A stretch of DNA of 64,000 nucleotides from Chrysomallon squamiferum (taxonomy: Eukaryota; Animalia; Mollusca). Made by a program: the position numbers and the translations under genes. The DNA lies in assembly GCA_012295275.1 (NCBI GenBank), contig CM022667.1, positions 20,584,001 to 20,648,000 of the forward strand, given 5' to 3'. Below the pieces are notes generated by a model, which did no database searches, was not told the DNA's origin, and worked only from the letters and a program-made list of their open reading frames with translations. This document shows, piece by piece, positions 14,530 through 27,921 of this stretch (positions are counted from its first letter, which is position 1; every line of letters starts with the position of its first letter).

Positions 14530-17500
14530 CACATATAGATTAACTGACAAGTAAATAATGTGTATACTTTCAGAGTTATGAGTGGGCATTAGAAGCAATG
14601 AAGTACGTTGCCAGTATGAAGATGGAACATTGTGCTAGTCCATCAGGTCTTGATAAATTGCTGAAGAGTCTTGAGGTCTACCTTAAAGAACATCCACCTC
14701 TTACCGAGGACACATTCTTGTACATGATAGAGTCAGCTCAAAGACTCTGCAACGAGAAACTGTTAGAACAGTGTCATGTGGCCAAAGCTAGATGTGAGGA
14801 GACTTTCCAGTTACTTTTGTTACGACAAAGAACTCTACAAAGAGCTAAAGATCAACTAGAAGTGGAGCAAAGAAAAGATTTTGCTTCAAGGAAGTCTCCA
14901 GGTTCTAAATCACTTGATTTTAAGCCAGCGGATAATGGTGTTTCATTCTGGGACCCACAGACTACCAGTACACCTAGATGTGAAAAATATTCTTACAACA
15001 GTCCTCCACTTTCACCAACCAGTTCAGCAAACTCTGGATCTTACTTATCAGATAGTCATCATTCTTCAGCATCTTCCACAGACTATGTTTGTAAGGATAA
15101 ATTACAAAAAGATGTTCTAAAAGAGGTGTTTTCAAAATACTCAAGTGATGCTAAGTCACAACTGTCCAGTTCTCAGAAAATGTCGCCTGCAGCATCGTCT
15201 GGTATTAAGATTTTGGCAAATCGGTCCATATCTCATCCCATTCCAGAAAGAAGTTCTTCACCTGTTTTACACACACGACCTCTTAAAAAGATTTTGAAAA
15301 GAGCCAGTACAAATCCATCTTTATATGGATCACCTTTATCATCAACAATCTATGAAGAAAAAGAATCTGAGGCAGCTTGTGATAGTGACAGAAAAATGAA
15401 ATCTCTCAGTCTGATCACTGGCAGTTCAGAAAGCCTTCCAAGGTAAATGTTGTTTTGTGTATCTAGTCATTCTGTTGCTTTAAGAACATAGTATTATATT
15501 GAAATTAATGATACCTGCAGGAGAGTAGCAAAAGTAATTACTGAAAATACTTAGTAAAAGCTAATCAAGATCTTAAAAAACATTTTAATAATGTCATCTT
15601 CATAGTTATGTTTAATTTTTATTATCATTTACATCTGAAATATAAAAATAAATGATTTGTCAGAGTATAAACCTTTGTTTCAGAATATTTAGTAGCTTTG
15701 ATAATTTTAACAGTAGAAAGAACCAATATTCCCAGTTGATGACTAAAACATAGTGCTGTTGAGATAATTATTTCTCTTTGTACTAAATGATTTTTAAAAA
15801 TGTTTTTGTATATATTTGTCATCAGATTTATTTAACCTCATATTAGACTTCTCCTATACATGTTCACAAAAGTAACTAAAATAGACAGTTTACCGGGTCT
15901 GTTAGTACCTGTGTTTGAAAATGTTAAATATTGATAGTATGCCCGAGGATGATTGGGTCTGTTAGTACCTGTGTTTGAAAATGTTAAATATTGATAGTAT
16001 GCCCGAGGATGACTGGGTCTGTTAGTACCTGTGTTTGAAAATGTTAAATATTTATAGTATGCCTGAGGATGACTTTGAGACGAGCCAGGATGCTGATGGA
16101 GAGGGATCAGAAGGTGGAGGTGTTCAGAGAGAATGGACTCCTGTCCCAGTCAACACTCACCTCATTAGACAGAAAGTAGAGTGTCCTTCAGAGTGCATGG
16201 CTGACTTGAAACTGTCAGAGGCAGAATTAAAAAACAGAAGGTAATGGCATTTTTTACTTAAAAACAAAATAATCTTTAAACAATGTATAATAATATTTTG
16301 TTTTGAATCTTGAAACTGATACCTACTTCTTCTAAATAACAGTTTGGCATAAGTAATATAAATAGGCAGATAAATGTTTTCTTGACATTGTACTATGAGG
16401 TATCCGATATTCTTTATTAAAGAAATAAACTCTTTAATCCTTTTTTGTTGTTTTCAACACAGAACATTATGTCTCATCATGGCTGAGATAGTACAAACAG
16501 AACGCGACTACGTGAAATCACTGCACTACATCATCAACAACTACATTCCTGAACTGCGACAGAACTGTGTACCTCAGGCTCTCCGAGGAAAACAAAATGT
16601 CATTTTTGGTAACATTGAGAAAATCTATCAGTTCCACAGTCAGTACTTCCTGCAAGAAATAGAGGCATGTCAGCATCACCCTTTTTTCCTTGGCCAGTGT
16701 TTCCTCCTTCATGTACGTATTCAATTATGCTTTGAGTAATACAGAAATTATACATTTATACATTTATACATTTACCAGTGATATTTCAGTGTTAAAACTG
16801 ATAATGGATTTTCATAATTATTTACAGAAATATTATTTTAAGGAAATGGAAAATGTCAGTTTTATTTCTAGTTTGTTATTATAAAAAATAATCATCTTTT
16901 CTTTTTTCTTTTCTTGACAGGAAAATATGTTTTACTTGTATGCCTTATATAACAAGAACAAGCCAAGATCTGATGAACTTATGCTGGAGTATGGGAAGCA
17001 ATTTTTCAAAGTAAGCAATTGCTGTTTTTAAAAAGTAATAAGAAACATTTTTAATAGTGATTACAGTTTTTTCAGTCAGTGAAGTTCTTAATAGAAATTA
17101 TAACTTTAGCAGTTAGTTGAGTCTTAATAATGATTCAGACTAGGAATAAATTAAATTGTGTTTGTATTTTCTGTAGGAAATTTCTATCTTTTACAACATA
17201 GACAGTAATAGTAAATTAGTTGTAAGTAAAGGGTCATATGAATTTTTAAAATGTCATTGGTCATCCAATAAATGTAACATACACAACTGTTACAGCAAAA
17301 ACAGCTGCAGTTAGGTGACAAGATGGATCTGGCCAGTTACCTGCTCAAGCCAGTTCAACGGATGGGTAAATATGCCTTACTCTTGAAGCAGATGGTGAAA
17401 CTCTGCCCTGAACAGCAACCAGAATTCCCTGACCTGAAGGTGAGACTCCAGTTATTATTCAGTTTAGATAACATGTTAGCAAGAAAATATTTAAAATTGT

Positions 17501-20159
17501 TATTTATGTATTTTATACTTTTATAGGTTGCATTTTTAAATTTGTATTTTTTTAATCTTTTTACAATTAGGCTGCAGAAAACATGATAAAATTTCAACTT
17601 AGACATGGAAATGATCTTCTAGCAATGGATTCTCTCCGAGACTGTGATGTAAGTGTGACATGTAATTTGATGTAGGTGTTTTATTTAAAGAATGAAATTA
17701 TAACTGTTGTAATTATAATTGTGATATGCAATTTGATGTGGGTGTTTTATTTAAAGAATGAAATTATAATTGTTGTAATTATAAGCACTTGTTTTGGTAA
17801 GTTGCTAAACTGATCGTAAAATTTCATTGATTATTTGAAAAATACATGGTTAAATAACAGTGTACAGACAAATTACAAATATTGTGATTTATATTTAACT
17901 AGGTGAATCTGCAAGAACAAGGGAGGTTACTTCGTCAAGATGAGTTCTTAGTGTGGCAGGGTTGGAGAAAATCACTTCGCAGAGTGTTTTTATTTGAAGA
18001 TCTTATTTTATTTAGTAAGACCAAGCGAGGTCGTCAGGGTCATCATGATGTTTATGTCCACAAGTTCAGTTTTAAGGTTTGTCTCATTCATTTATTTATA
18101 GTACTAATATAACCTTCAGAAATCTGTAATAATAAATTTTTTAAACTTTTCTTTGACTAAATGTTAATTAAAATAACAACAGGTTAAATGTTAAATATTA
18201 TTAATGTGTTTTTTTTCATCTTGTAGTATAAATTCCTGCTTCTATATCTTATTTATGTATCATGTTTTCTTCCAGACTGCAGATTTAGGCTTGACAGAAA
18301 ACTATGGTGAGAGTGGATATAAATTTGAGATATGGTTCAGAAGACGATCATTAGGAGAAAATTACATTCTTCAGGCTCCTAATTCAGAAGTTAAGAAAGT
18401 CTGGGTCAGAGAAATTTCGAAAATTCTTTGGAATCAAGCATTAAAAAACAGAGGTTTGTAAAATGCCATAAGTGTGAAAATTAAATTTTCTGTGGACACT
18501 AAAAGAAATAAAGTGAATATTTAAAACAGAAATAATATTTGTACTGAATCAATGCTGTGGTGTTCTCTTTAACGTTGGGTGTGGGTAAACGCTAATGTAA
18601 ATTGTACCATTTTGACATTGTCTTGAAACAAGTTTAATGTATGTGGATGTTTTTCATGTTTTACAGAGTCTCGTCTGTCTGAAATGGCCTCAATGGGTGT
18701 GGGGAGCAAGCCATGCCTGGACTTGAAGCCTAGTGCAGACAACATTCAAGACAGATTTGTCAGAGCAGGACTTTCACACAGAGGATGTTAGTATATCTAG
18801 CCTAAACAGTTCTGTCAATTCTGTTTTCTAAGCTGACAGATTTTATTTTCTTCCTATTTTTGTTAGTGGTGAAACTGATATAATGCTGGTACTGTTGAGA
18901 TATTATTAACTAAATGAGATGATGTTTTAGGTTTGTTCCTATACCATCCAGATTAAATGATGTTTTTAGATATATTCAAGAACTACCCAGATAAGAAAAC
19001 TTATTCATGCATTCAAATTTAATTTAATTTTTTCATTTTGTTTTTAGATATAATCAGTTACTATCCACATAAGCAGAATTTTAGATGTGTTATATGTTTA
19101 CATTATAATCATCATTTTAAACTGGTCTTTGTTTTTTAATTACTTCAGCACGGACCCGAGCTTCAATAGCTGTGTCATCATTTGATCACCTCCGCAACGG
19201 CAACAAACGTCCACACTCAATAATCTCCGTGAGCAGCACGTCATCCTCCAACAGCAGTCACTCCAGCTTCGGGCTGTTCGGCTCTTTGAACTTAGCCTTT
19301 GACCCACTGGACAGTCCAGCTTATCAGCAGAGACAGGCATCTCTGTTTTTGAATGGTGAGTTTTATAGTCAAATTTACTTTTAAAAATACTTTTCATTTA
19401 CTATGATAATTTTAACATAATGTTTCCTTTGATTCAGAGGTTACTTCTTTTCTTATTTATTTAATTGAAATATTTGAAAATAGATACAGCTGATGCTCAA
19501 AGGTAATGATAAATATTAAAACAGTGAATGGGTGCGAATCACAAAAACAGATGGTTAATTCCAAATCTGAATATATCATTACTATTAATATATTTTATTT
19601 TTCTTTCTAAACATAATGTGTTGTTACATTGCAGAAAGTGGAATAGGAACAGACATCTATGAGAGTGCTGATGCGTCTGGTGACTCTAATGTTGGCAAAG
19701 AGAACAAACTTCTTACATCTGCCAGATCATACTGTGACAACAGCAAGACCAGAGTACTAAGAAACACATCTGCTGATTCTGTTGTCACTGATGTAAGTCA
19801 CCAATGATTGAAATAATATATTTAATTTACTAAATAACAACACCGATAATTCAAAATCGATTAACTCCAGTTTATCACCATTTAAAGCTGTAGCTTTTTA
19901 ATAACTGATAGAAAGATAGTCAAATAAATGCAAAAAAAATTTTGTTTTTATTTAAATGTAATATTGATTTTCATACTTTTACATTTCTGTAATTGTAAAT
20001 GAAACTGCATAGAAATAAATTTAAAATAAAAAATAAAAAAATACCCTAAAACACACTATCATTGTTCAGAATCAGGGTCCTGCATTTAATCATTATGTTT
20101 TCTTGAGCTCTCATTATTTTGTATTTTAATACTTGATAGTTTTCACTTTTCAGGTTTAG
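1623..20159 (+). CDS. PLEKHG4: PLEKHG4/puratrophin-1-like Rho guanine nucleotide exchange factor (Sec14-like, spectrin-like, DH and PH domains), multi-exon
   Basis: Hand-spliced GT-AG exons that keep one frame: 1623-1815, 4352-4636, 5228-5351, 5664-5763, 6482-6586, 6879-6995, 7370-7620, 8291-8429, 9024-9146, 10293-10487, 14574-15442, 16058-16240, 16463-16712, 16921-17010, 17296-17439, 17571-17648, 17903-18076, 18276-18453, 18667-18786, 19149-19355, 19635-19792, 20154-20159. Family motifs: LLHSGIAILPGCRDERG, LDGSFVYNHEEWIRFR, DH domain (IMAEIVQTERDYVKSL, IFGNIEKIYQFH, YNKNKPRSD, MDLASYLLKPVQRMGKYALLL, FQLRHGNDLLAMD), PH domain (QGRLLRQDEF, RRVFLFEDLILFSK, GLTEN..FEIWFRRR), EMASMGVGSKPCLD and RTRASIAVSSF. 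The start codon and first exon are less certain. Confidence 0.9.
2242..2448. repeat. Intronic tandem duplication, about 112-bp unit x2
   Basis: taattaaatacaaa(c/t)accagtcagatatactgagca...atagataactttgaatgt starts at 2242 and again at 2354. Confidence 0.9.
3915..3962. repeat. (AT)n microsatellite
   Basis: Direct dinucleotide run. Confidence 0.95.
14477..14528. repeat. (GT)n microsatellite just upstream of the 14574 acceptor
   Basis: Direct dinucleotide run. Confidence 0.95.
15895..16074 (+). repeat. 60-bp tandem triplication spanning an intron/exon boundary of the RhoGEF gene
   Basis: Unit gggtctgttagtacctgtgtttgaaaatgttaaatatt(g/t)atagtatgcc(c/t)gaggatga(t/c)t at 15895, 15955 and 16015. 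The third copy holds the in-frame acceptor (exon starts 16058). Confidence 0.95.
17655..17784. repeat. Intronic tandem duplication, about 66-bp unit x2
   Basis: gtga(c/t)atg(t/c)aatttgatgt(a/g)ggtgttttatttaaagaatgaaattataa..tgttgtaattataa at 17655 and 17721. Confidence 0.9.
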
Positions 20160-23100
20160 CTGTTATCTACGAGTGGACAGTCTTTACACTAAAACAGCAT
20201 TACATCAGAGAAATATTAAAATTGTGTAGCTGTGTGATGAAACACAGAATGTTTGGTGCTGTTGGCTTTCAAGCCTGTTTTGGGTAATAAAAATAAGTTT
20301 TGAATAACCACTCAAAACACATCTCCACAAATAATAAAAACAAAGATTAAATAATTTGAAAAAAAAAATTGTATTGTTCAAATGAGAATTGTAAATTTAT
20401 ATATTTATATTTCTACTTTTCAGAGAAATGATCATAAGAACTGAGCTATCAGTGTCAAAATATATATATATTTTTTAAATGTTTATTTTCTATTTATTTT
20501 TTGAATAATAGTAAATTAAAATTCTGTTTATACTGAATCAAACTGACAGCAAAAAAATTATTAATACTAATTAATAATAATAATAATAATAAATCAAGTT
20601 TAGCAAATCATTTTGAAGATTGAATTAATTAAAAAAAAAAAAAAATAAAAATTAAAACTTAATATTGATTTTATTTTACTTTATATGAGTATAGTTGATA
20701 AAGAAAATTAGGTGATAATGTTAATTTTAATGATACAAATTCCTGAAATCCTAAAATTTATTTTTCCCTGGAATTCTAAATTTTTATATAAAACATAATT
20801 TTCTTTTGAGATTGATGATAAAAGTTACCTCTAGTGCTGCTTCAATTTTTTAATTTTTTTTATTATATATAAAGTGATTTTTTTCTCCCTCTTTTTGTGA
20901 CTGCAAGCACATTTTTTATTAATATAGTTAAACAGTTTCATTCATGCATTTTTAGTGCTGTAATAATTTGTTAATTGCTAGTGGTTACAGTAAAGATTTA
21001 CATTATTCCTCTGAGAAACACTCATTTTTATTGTCATTCTTTCTGCTTTATTTATTTCTCCTAAAAAAATACCATTTTGAAATTATCTTGAATGGAAAAT
21101 AGGAAATCATTTTAGTAACTGAAATACTTGTTTTTTAAATGAATGTAATGACTTGTAACGAGTGATGGTGGACGATTGATCAAGTTACATTTCTTCTCAA
21201 AACCACTAAAGTAGGCTAATTGTTTCAGCACAGTGACATTTTGTTCACTTTCGCAACTTTTGTCTGAACAACTAAAATACATGAATGAATATCTGTTTTA
21301 AGAAATGTAATTCTAACTCTGCATTATACAGTTTGATTTTAAAATGCACATCACTATCCATTTGATAAACTGTTGTGGCCAGATTTCATATGTATATCCT
21401 GCAGTGACTGTAGATAATGGCAAGATAAAAGGATTAGATAAATTTCTATATAGTCATTGCTCAAAAATATAGCTCTAAGCTATGTGCTGCACACATCAAA
21501 ATATTGCCTGTAATTTTAATTTACAAAATAAAAATGTTTTGGCCATTTATTATTTCAAATTTTGCTCAAAGCATCATAAGTTCTGTTCAGTGGTTTGGAG
21601 CCTTGGACAGAACTACATTTACTTCAAAAAGTTACTTGTTATACAGAGTTACTTGTTTGATTGCTGGTTTAGATCTTAATAAATGAATTTTTAAGAAATA
21701 ATAAATTATTGTTATTTAAGAACTATTTTATTTTGATGTATAAAGACAATGAATTCAGTACACATGAATCTATTGCTGTCAAAAGTTGTGAATTAATAAA
21801 TTAAAAAAACTAATTTCGTTTTATTTTAGCATTATTTAGGATTGCAGGTTAAAAGAAATATCTGATTACTGCTTTAGGATATCAGCTGATATCATAGGAC
21901 AGTAGCCAGTTATTCAGTGTGTGTGTCTTTGTGCCTTGTTACCTGCCTGATGGACAACTAAACCACTAATTTTTCAAATGTAAATACCTCTGTACTGTTC
22001 CCAAGCTGTTTGATTACTGTGATTACTTTATAATCTTTTGGTTGTGTATGAAGTTAACATATCACTGCATTTTAATTAAACTGTGATTTCTTTTTCTTTT
22101 TTTCTTCTTTTTATATTTAAATAATTTCTTTTTTAAATTTTACCCCTTGTACTTTATGAATTTTGTTTGTTTTTCCAAAAGTTTTTTTTTTTTTAATATT
22201 ATCTGGTAGTTTTTGATAAAGCATTTATCATTTTGTTAGAACCATGTTATACCTTCTATCTTTAAATTTACAATTCCATTTACAGATTTACTCAATATAT
22301 TGTTCATTAATTTTACAGAAGTTAGTGTGGTTAAATTTAAATTATTTGTACCAAGTTTATATAAATAATGAATAGTGATATAACTATCATGTTACTTGAA
22401 ACTGTTAATTTTGTTATGTATGAATACATTATTACTATAATTAATTTATTCATCATAGACTGCTATATTCCATCATATTATAACTTGAATAGAAATTACT
22501 GGACATTTCTTTAGTTTGTTGCAAAAATATTTATCACTGTTTAATCTGGTGTTCTGGGGTCTTCCAAAAAATTATGTTGTAATTAGTATAATAGTGCATA
22601 ATTATAGTTTCTTAATAACATAGTTCAAATACATTAGATATTTATTTACAAGAATTATGTCTTCCAGATAATTTTTGTTCTTTGTTGAAGATAAATTTTC
22701 TGTTACTATAGTTAATAACTGAACTATTTAATTATTTTTGTTGTTGCACACTAGTAATGAATTTTTTTCTGTTGACGTTAAAATCATTAATTACTAAATT
22801 TGTAAAAAGGTCCAAATTACTAACAATTTTAAAAAAACTTTTGATGTTAACTATATTATGAATTCTAAAAGATTTTAGCTTTAGATGATGATAATAATAA
22901 TTTGAAATTCTTCATTCTTTTTAAATAACAATAAAATAAATGTAGATAATATTCTTAAGTTAAATATCTCATCATTTAGTTTATATTTGCAATTACACTC
23001 AGAATTACGAAATTAATACTGAAAGTGTAGATGTGTAAAGCATTCCAGTTTGCATAAAATAGAAAACACAAATTATATTAGTTAAGTTGACAAGTAAGAA

Positions 23101-23507
23101 ATATTTAGAAAATCTTGGATTGCCACCACAAACCTATTTTTGTTATTTTTCTTTTCTGCAGGTATAATTGTTCAAAATACAAGATTAACATATTATGTTA
23201 TAATAAAATTTTAATATTCTTAAAAACATAATGGAAATCAAAATTTAAAAAAAAAAAATTATATTGTAAACAAAGATGTCAGTGTATTATTTAATAATGT
23301 ATGCACTACAAACTCTAATTATCCAGTTTTTGTTTGTCAGGAAAACGTTTATGTATATTTATTATTATATTTGTTGTTTAATTATATGGCTGTTATCAAA
23401 GGCACAAGTATAAATTCAGCAAATTAAAAAGTTTACTGTTATGGTCAGGGATTTCTCTCTATTAAAATTATTAATGTAGACTGCAACGACTGATTATACC
23501 GCTAATA

Positions 23508-23508
<1 letters not shown>

Positions 23509-23555
<47 letters not shown>

Positions 23556-23571
23556 ACACTCCACACACACA
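23509..23571. repeat. (AC)n microsatellite
   Basis: Direct, slightly interrupted dinucleotide run. Confidence 0.95.
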
Positions 23572-23989
23572 CTACGTAAGTATGTAGTTACAGATGGAAA
23601 ATACTGGTCCAATTTCATACTGATCATTAACATAAGTAACAGAAAAGAATAAAATAATTAAAATGATAATCACGTATGTGTATATATTCAAATTTGCTGT
23701 CTTGTTATGGAATACATTGTTGATAACTTTTTGACTGAATGACTTCAGAAAATACTTATGCAACTAAAAATATCTATTTTGATATGTAACCAAAGATTTT
23801 GTAGATCTGTTTTTACAAGGAAATCATACATTATATGACTTGTTAGATTTTAGTATTAGTTTTGTATTGTCTAGATTGTGTACATACATGTATTTCTGAA
23901 CTGTTGAAATTGCCATTTTAAAAAAAATAATGAACTGAAATTTTTTTCTTGATAACTGCAATTGAATTTTACTTCTAAAAAACCTGTTA

Positions 23990-24028
<39 letters not shown>

Positions 24029-24437
24029 AAAAAAATAAATAAATAAAAATAAAAAAAATCTTTACATTTAGTGCAACATTAATAAAATAAAGTATTCACC
24101 ATCCATTTAAACAAGAATAAAATGTTGCTGTTGTTGAATGGAATTTGAACTGTCTTCAGAACCTTGTATATTTTATGAAGAAAAAGAATGTCTTCCATTA
24201 AGATACTGAAAACCATTGTAAACTAAACATGTACTGTATGTTAAAATAAACTGTAATTCATATACACTGGTGTTTGTTTTTATGCAGTTTCTGTGAGTGA
24301 GTCATACTATTAAATGATTTTGTTATAATGTAAAGAGTTTATGCAAGATAGTCCTCTTCTCTTAAAAAAACAACAACGTCAAAACATTACTATATTAGTT
24401 ATTTCCCATTCCAGATTCAATGCAACTCGTTCATGAT

Positions 24438-25369
24438 CAGAGCCGGATTAAGCCACTGCATAGAACAGGCCCGTATTATTGGCTCATTACCAAAATAGAC
24501 GCCCCCCACAATCCACGCCCACTATTATAGCTTTACATACAATATAAACACTCCTTAACGTTTGAACAATCAGTCAGATGTATTGTCGAAACAAAAGGAA
24601 TCTTGCAAACAGTATTAAAAACCAGTGCAAATGCCATTAAACTGTAATGTAAATGCATGTATGCCTCGAAAACGTGGGTCAAAGATTAGGCCAATAGACA
24701 AGTGTGATTTTAGGCTCAGACCAAGTTATATATCGCGCCTTCGAGATTTTAATACGCAAAGTATTTTATAATGGAAATAGTGTCAACTGTTGTCAACAAC
24801 TCGCATTCGATTCGATTCTCATCAACGTCGGCATATTTAATCGTTTTTCTCCCATCGTCGTTCTTTGTGCATTTTTATGCGTCGTAATTTGGAAAATGAA
24901 CGCTCCCCCGTGCAGTTTGTAACCATCGTACACAAATACATGCATAGCACTATTTCATAATTAGCAAAACTGTAGAAGTTCGTTTGCCAAATTGGCCTCC
25001 AAATCATTTGGATACTTGTTAATAAGAGCCATCACCAATTCTGACAGTTGCTCCTTCGACATCGACGCTAAATTTTGCAAGAAGCCATGCTTGTTACTCA
25101 ATACCTGATGTGCCTGCAAACGTTTCTTCAGTGTATTAACGACAAAGCAACAAGAGAACTAATTATGGTCCACTGGCTAGTGAGGAAAGAAAATTTCAAC
25201 AATAAAGCTGTTCAAAAAATGCGCCTCTTCACAAAACAAATACCAAAGGCTGTAGTCAAAATCGTGATACCCAGCATTTTGAATTAAAAAAAAATGATCC
25301 GCAGGGCCCCTGAAAGCGCGCGGGGCTCGTAGCTTTTGTTACATCTGCTTAGTTTTTAATCCGACACTG
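24438..25369 (-). mobile_element. Non-autonomous hAT DNA transposon with a degenerate transposase C-terminal (dimerization) relic
   Basis: Imperfect TIRs CAGAGCCGGATTAA (24438) and TTAATCCGACACTG (ending 25369). Near-perfect 8-bp TSD ttcatgat / gtcatgat. The minus strand reads MYLCTMVTNCTGERSFSKLRRIK then, after a frameshift, AQRTTMGEKRL, matching the hAT dimerization motif ERxFSxLxxIKxxxRxTM. Confidence 0.85.
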
Positions 25370-26284
25370 GTCATGATTCTTATACTAATAATCAATATTT
25401 TGTGTTCCACTACTGGATACTGGTAGCTGATGTAGTGTGTACTTCAGTGCTTCTTATTTGTTAATTTTTGTATTATACCGGTTACCACTTCTGATTAAAA
25501 TGAGAGAGAGATATATATTATTTAGTAAACATATTCCTGCAAATGATTTTGGTCACTGGTGTAGCTGATCTATTTGAGCATCTGATTCTGGTAATTTCAG
25601 AAGTAACTGTTCTGGCATCTGATTCTTCTAATTTATAAAGAACATGTGTTTTTACATTTGATGCTTGGAGAAGTAACTTTCTGCATCTGATTATGGTAAC
25701 TGATGTAGATATATTCTTGCATATGAATCTGGCGTAATAATTGTACAAAAATTATGTATATGTGAATAATGTTCAAACAGAAATCATCTCATTAAAATTT
25801 TGTGCTTATAGACTTCTTAAACGTCTGTAGTTGACTGACAGACATCACGAATGCTTGATGTAGTGCAGGGATCAAGTACTAAAATATGTATGTACGCGTG
25901 TATGTGTGTGTATGTGTATCTATCTATATATATATAATTTTGAACGCTTGAGTTGTTCCCTGATTCAGGTCCCATCTCAACAAAAATGGCATGAACGGAA
26001 ATTTTGAAGTCTTATCTTTCTGTTTATTGCACAATTGTTACCTTTTATTGTGAAAAAATACAAATCACGAACATTTAACATATTCGAATATTTGTTTTTA
26101 ATGTCTGGACCCATGTGCCCTTTGAAACTAAACTTTGTCCCCATTCTGGATTATTCCCCCAGTGAACGCGCTACAAACTATATCAAGACATCTTATTGAG
26201 ACATTTTATTTGTCATCTTTTGAATAAATGTATTAAATATATAACAGAAAAATGGAACTGGGAAGGAAATTGTATACATGTAAC

Positions 26285-26286
<2 letters not shown>

Positions 26287-26370
<84 letters not shown>
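26287..26370. repeat. (CT)n microsatellite
   Basis: Long perfect run; explains the spurious ER/SL ORFs. Confidence 0.97.
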
Positions 26371-26375
<5 letters not shown>

Positions 26376-26550
26376 TATTATTATTGTGGGGATTTAATTT
26401 TTATAATAACCTTTCCTTTCTAATTAGATAACTGGTGTACTATGGTCAAGACGTAGTGCTTTGATATCGACATACTTGGATATTCATCTGGTAAGAAATA
26501 TCGTATATGTCTAACATATATAATTTTTGGAGAAAATGATTAAAACTCTT

Positions 26551-26573
26551 TAATAATAATAATAATAATAATA

Positions 26574-26608
<35 letters not shown>

Positions 26609-26612
26609 AATA
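26551..26612. repeat. Compound (AAT)n(GAT)n microsatellite
   Basis: Direct trinucleotide runs. Confidence 0.9.
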
Positions 26613-26979
26613 ATTTATGACTGCATTAGCTTTTGTTTGTTTTTTCCTTTCTTGTGTGTGTGTGTGTGTGCGTTTGTGTGTGTGTGTGTGTTTTATTTAT
26701 TTTTCCCGCTATATTTTGTTTTGTTATTTCCTTACTAAATAACGTTTTTATTTTGGGGAAGATATAACTGTATTAACTGTTTTTATTTCGAGTCAATTAT
26801 TTGAATATTCGAATGGTAAGTACTTCCATCAAAAATATTTCCTTGTTAAAATTACTCTCCAGTTATCATTACCGAATCAACTATCACAGCCATCATCATT
26901 ATTACAATCCCCACCACTATCACATCCACCACCATTATAATTTAAGAAATAGTGTTAGGAAAAACAGATGGTTTAGCTG

Positions 26980-27921
26980 AGCCGGGCAGTGGTAGGTCAG
27001 CCGTGCCGCAGTGCAGTTAGTTGACAGGAGAGCCGGGCCGCAGGGCAGTTCGGTGGCAGGTCAGCCGGGCCGCAGTGCAGTTCGGTGGCAGGTCATCCGG
27101 GCCTCAGTGCAGTTCGGTGGTAGGTCATCCGGGCCGCAGTGCAGTTCGGTGGTAGGTCATCCGGGCCGCAGTGCAGTTCGGTGGTAGGTCATCCGGGCCG
27201 CAAGGCAGTTCAGTCGGTGGTAGGGCCGGGCCGCAAGGCAGTTCGGTGGTAGGTCAGCCGGGCCGCAGTGCAGTTCGGTTCGGGCCGGGCAGTTCGGTGG
27301 TAGGACAGCCGGCAGGCAGTTCGGTGGTAGGTCAGCCGGGCCGCAGTGCAGTTCGGTGGCAGGTCAGCCGGGCCGCAGTGCAGTTCGGTGGTAGGTCAGC
27401 CGGGCCGCAAGGCAGTTCGGTGGTAGGTCAGCCGGGCCGCAGTGCAGTTAGTTGACAGGTCAGCCGGGCCGCAAGGCAGTTCGGTGGTAGGACAGCCGGG
27501 CCGCTAGGCAGTTCGGTGGTAGGTCAGCCGGGCCGCAAGGCAGTTCGGTGGGTCGTCAGCCGGGCCGCAGTGCAGTTAGTTGACAGGTCAGCCGGGCCGC
27601 AGTGCAGTTCGGTGGTAGGACAGCCGGGCCACAAGGCAGTTCGGTGGTAGGTCAGCCGGGCCGCAGTGCAGTTAGTTGACAGGTCAGCCGGGCCGCAGTG
27701 CAGTTCGGGGGTAGGACAGCCGGGCCACAAGGCAGTTCGGAGGTAGGACAGCCGGGCCGCAGTGCAGTTCGGTGGTAGGACAGCCGGGCCACAAGGCAGT
27801 TCGGTGGTAGGTCGACCGGGCCGCAGGGCAGTTCGGAGGTCGACCGGGCCGCAGGGCAGTTCGGTGGTAGGTCGACCGGGCCGCAAGGCAGTTCGGTGGT
27901 AGGACAGCCGGGCCGCAGGGC
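26980..27921. repeat. GC-rich minisatellite, about 32-bp unit, roughly 29 copies
   Basis: Consensus GGTCAGCCGGGCCGCAGTGCAGTTCGGTGGTA with variants (cagtg/caagg/caggg, tcggtggta/agttgaca). Units are head-to-tail with no unique spacers. Confidence 0.95.

Noticed and set aside
20160-24300. Short ORFs and possible RNA genes downstream of the RhoGEF stop
   Set aside because: AT-rich UTR-like or intergenic sequence. No tRNA, rRNA or snRNA signature was recognised here or elsewhere in the window.
26193-26423. ER-repeat and SL-repeat ORFs
   Set aside because: Translation of the (CT)n microsatellite.
26980-27921. CRISPR array, or coding ORFs 27171-27455 and 27524-27934
   Set aside because: Units are contiguous with no unique spacers, there are no cas genes and the context is eukaryotic. 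The ORFs are by-products of a GC-rich 32-bp repeat.
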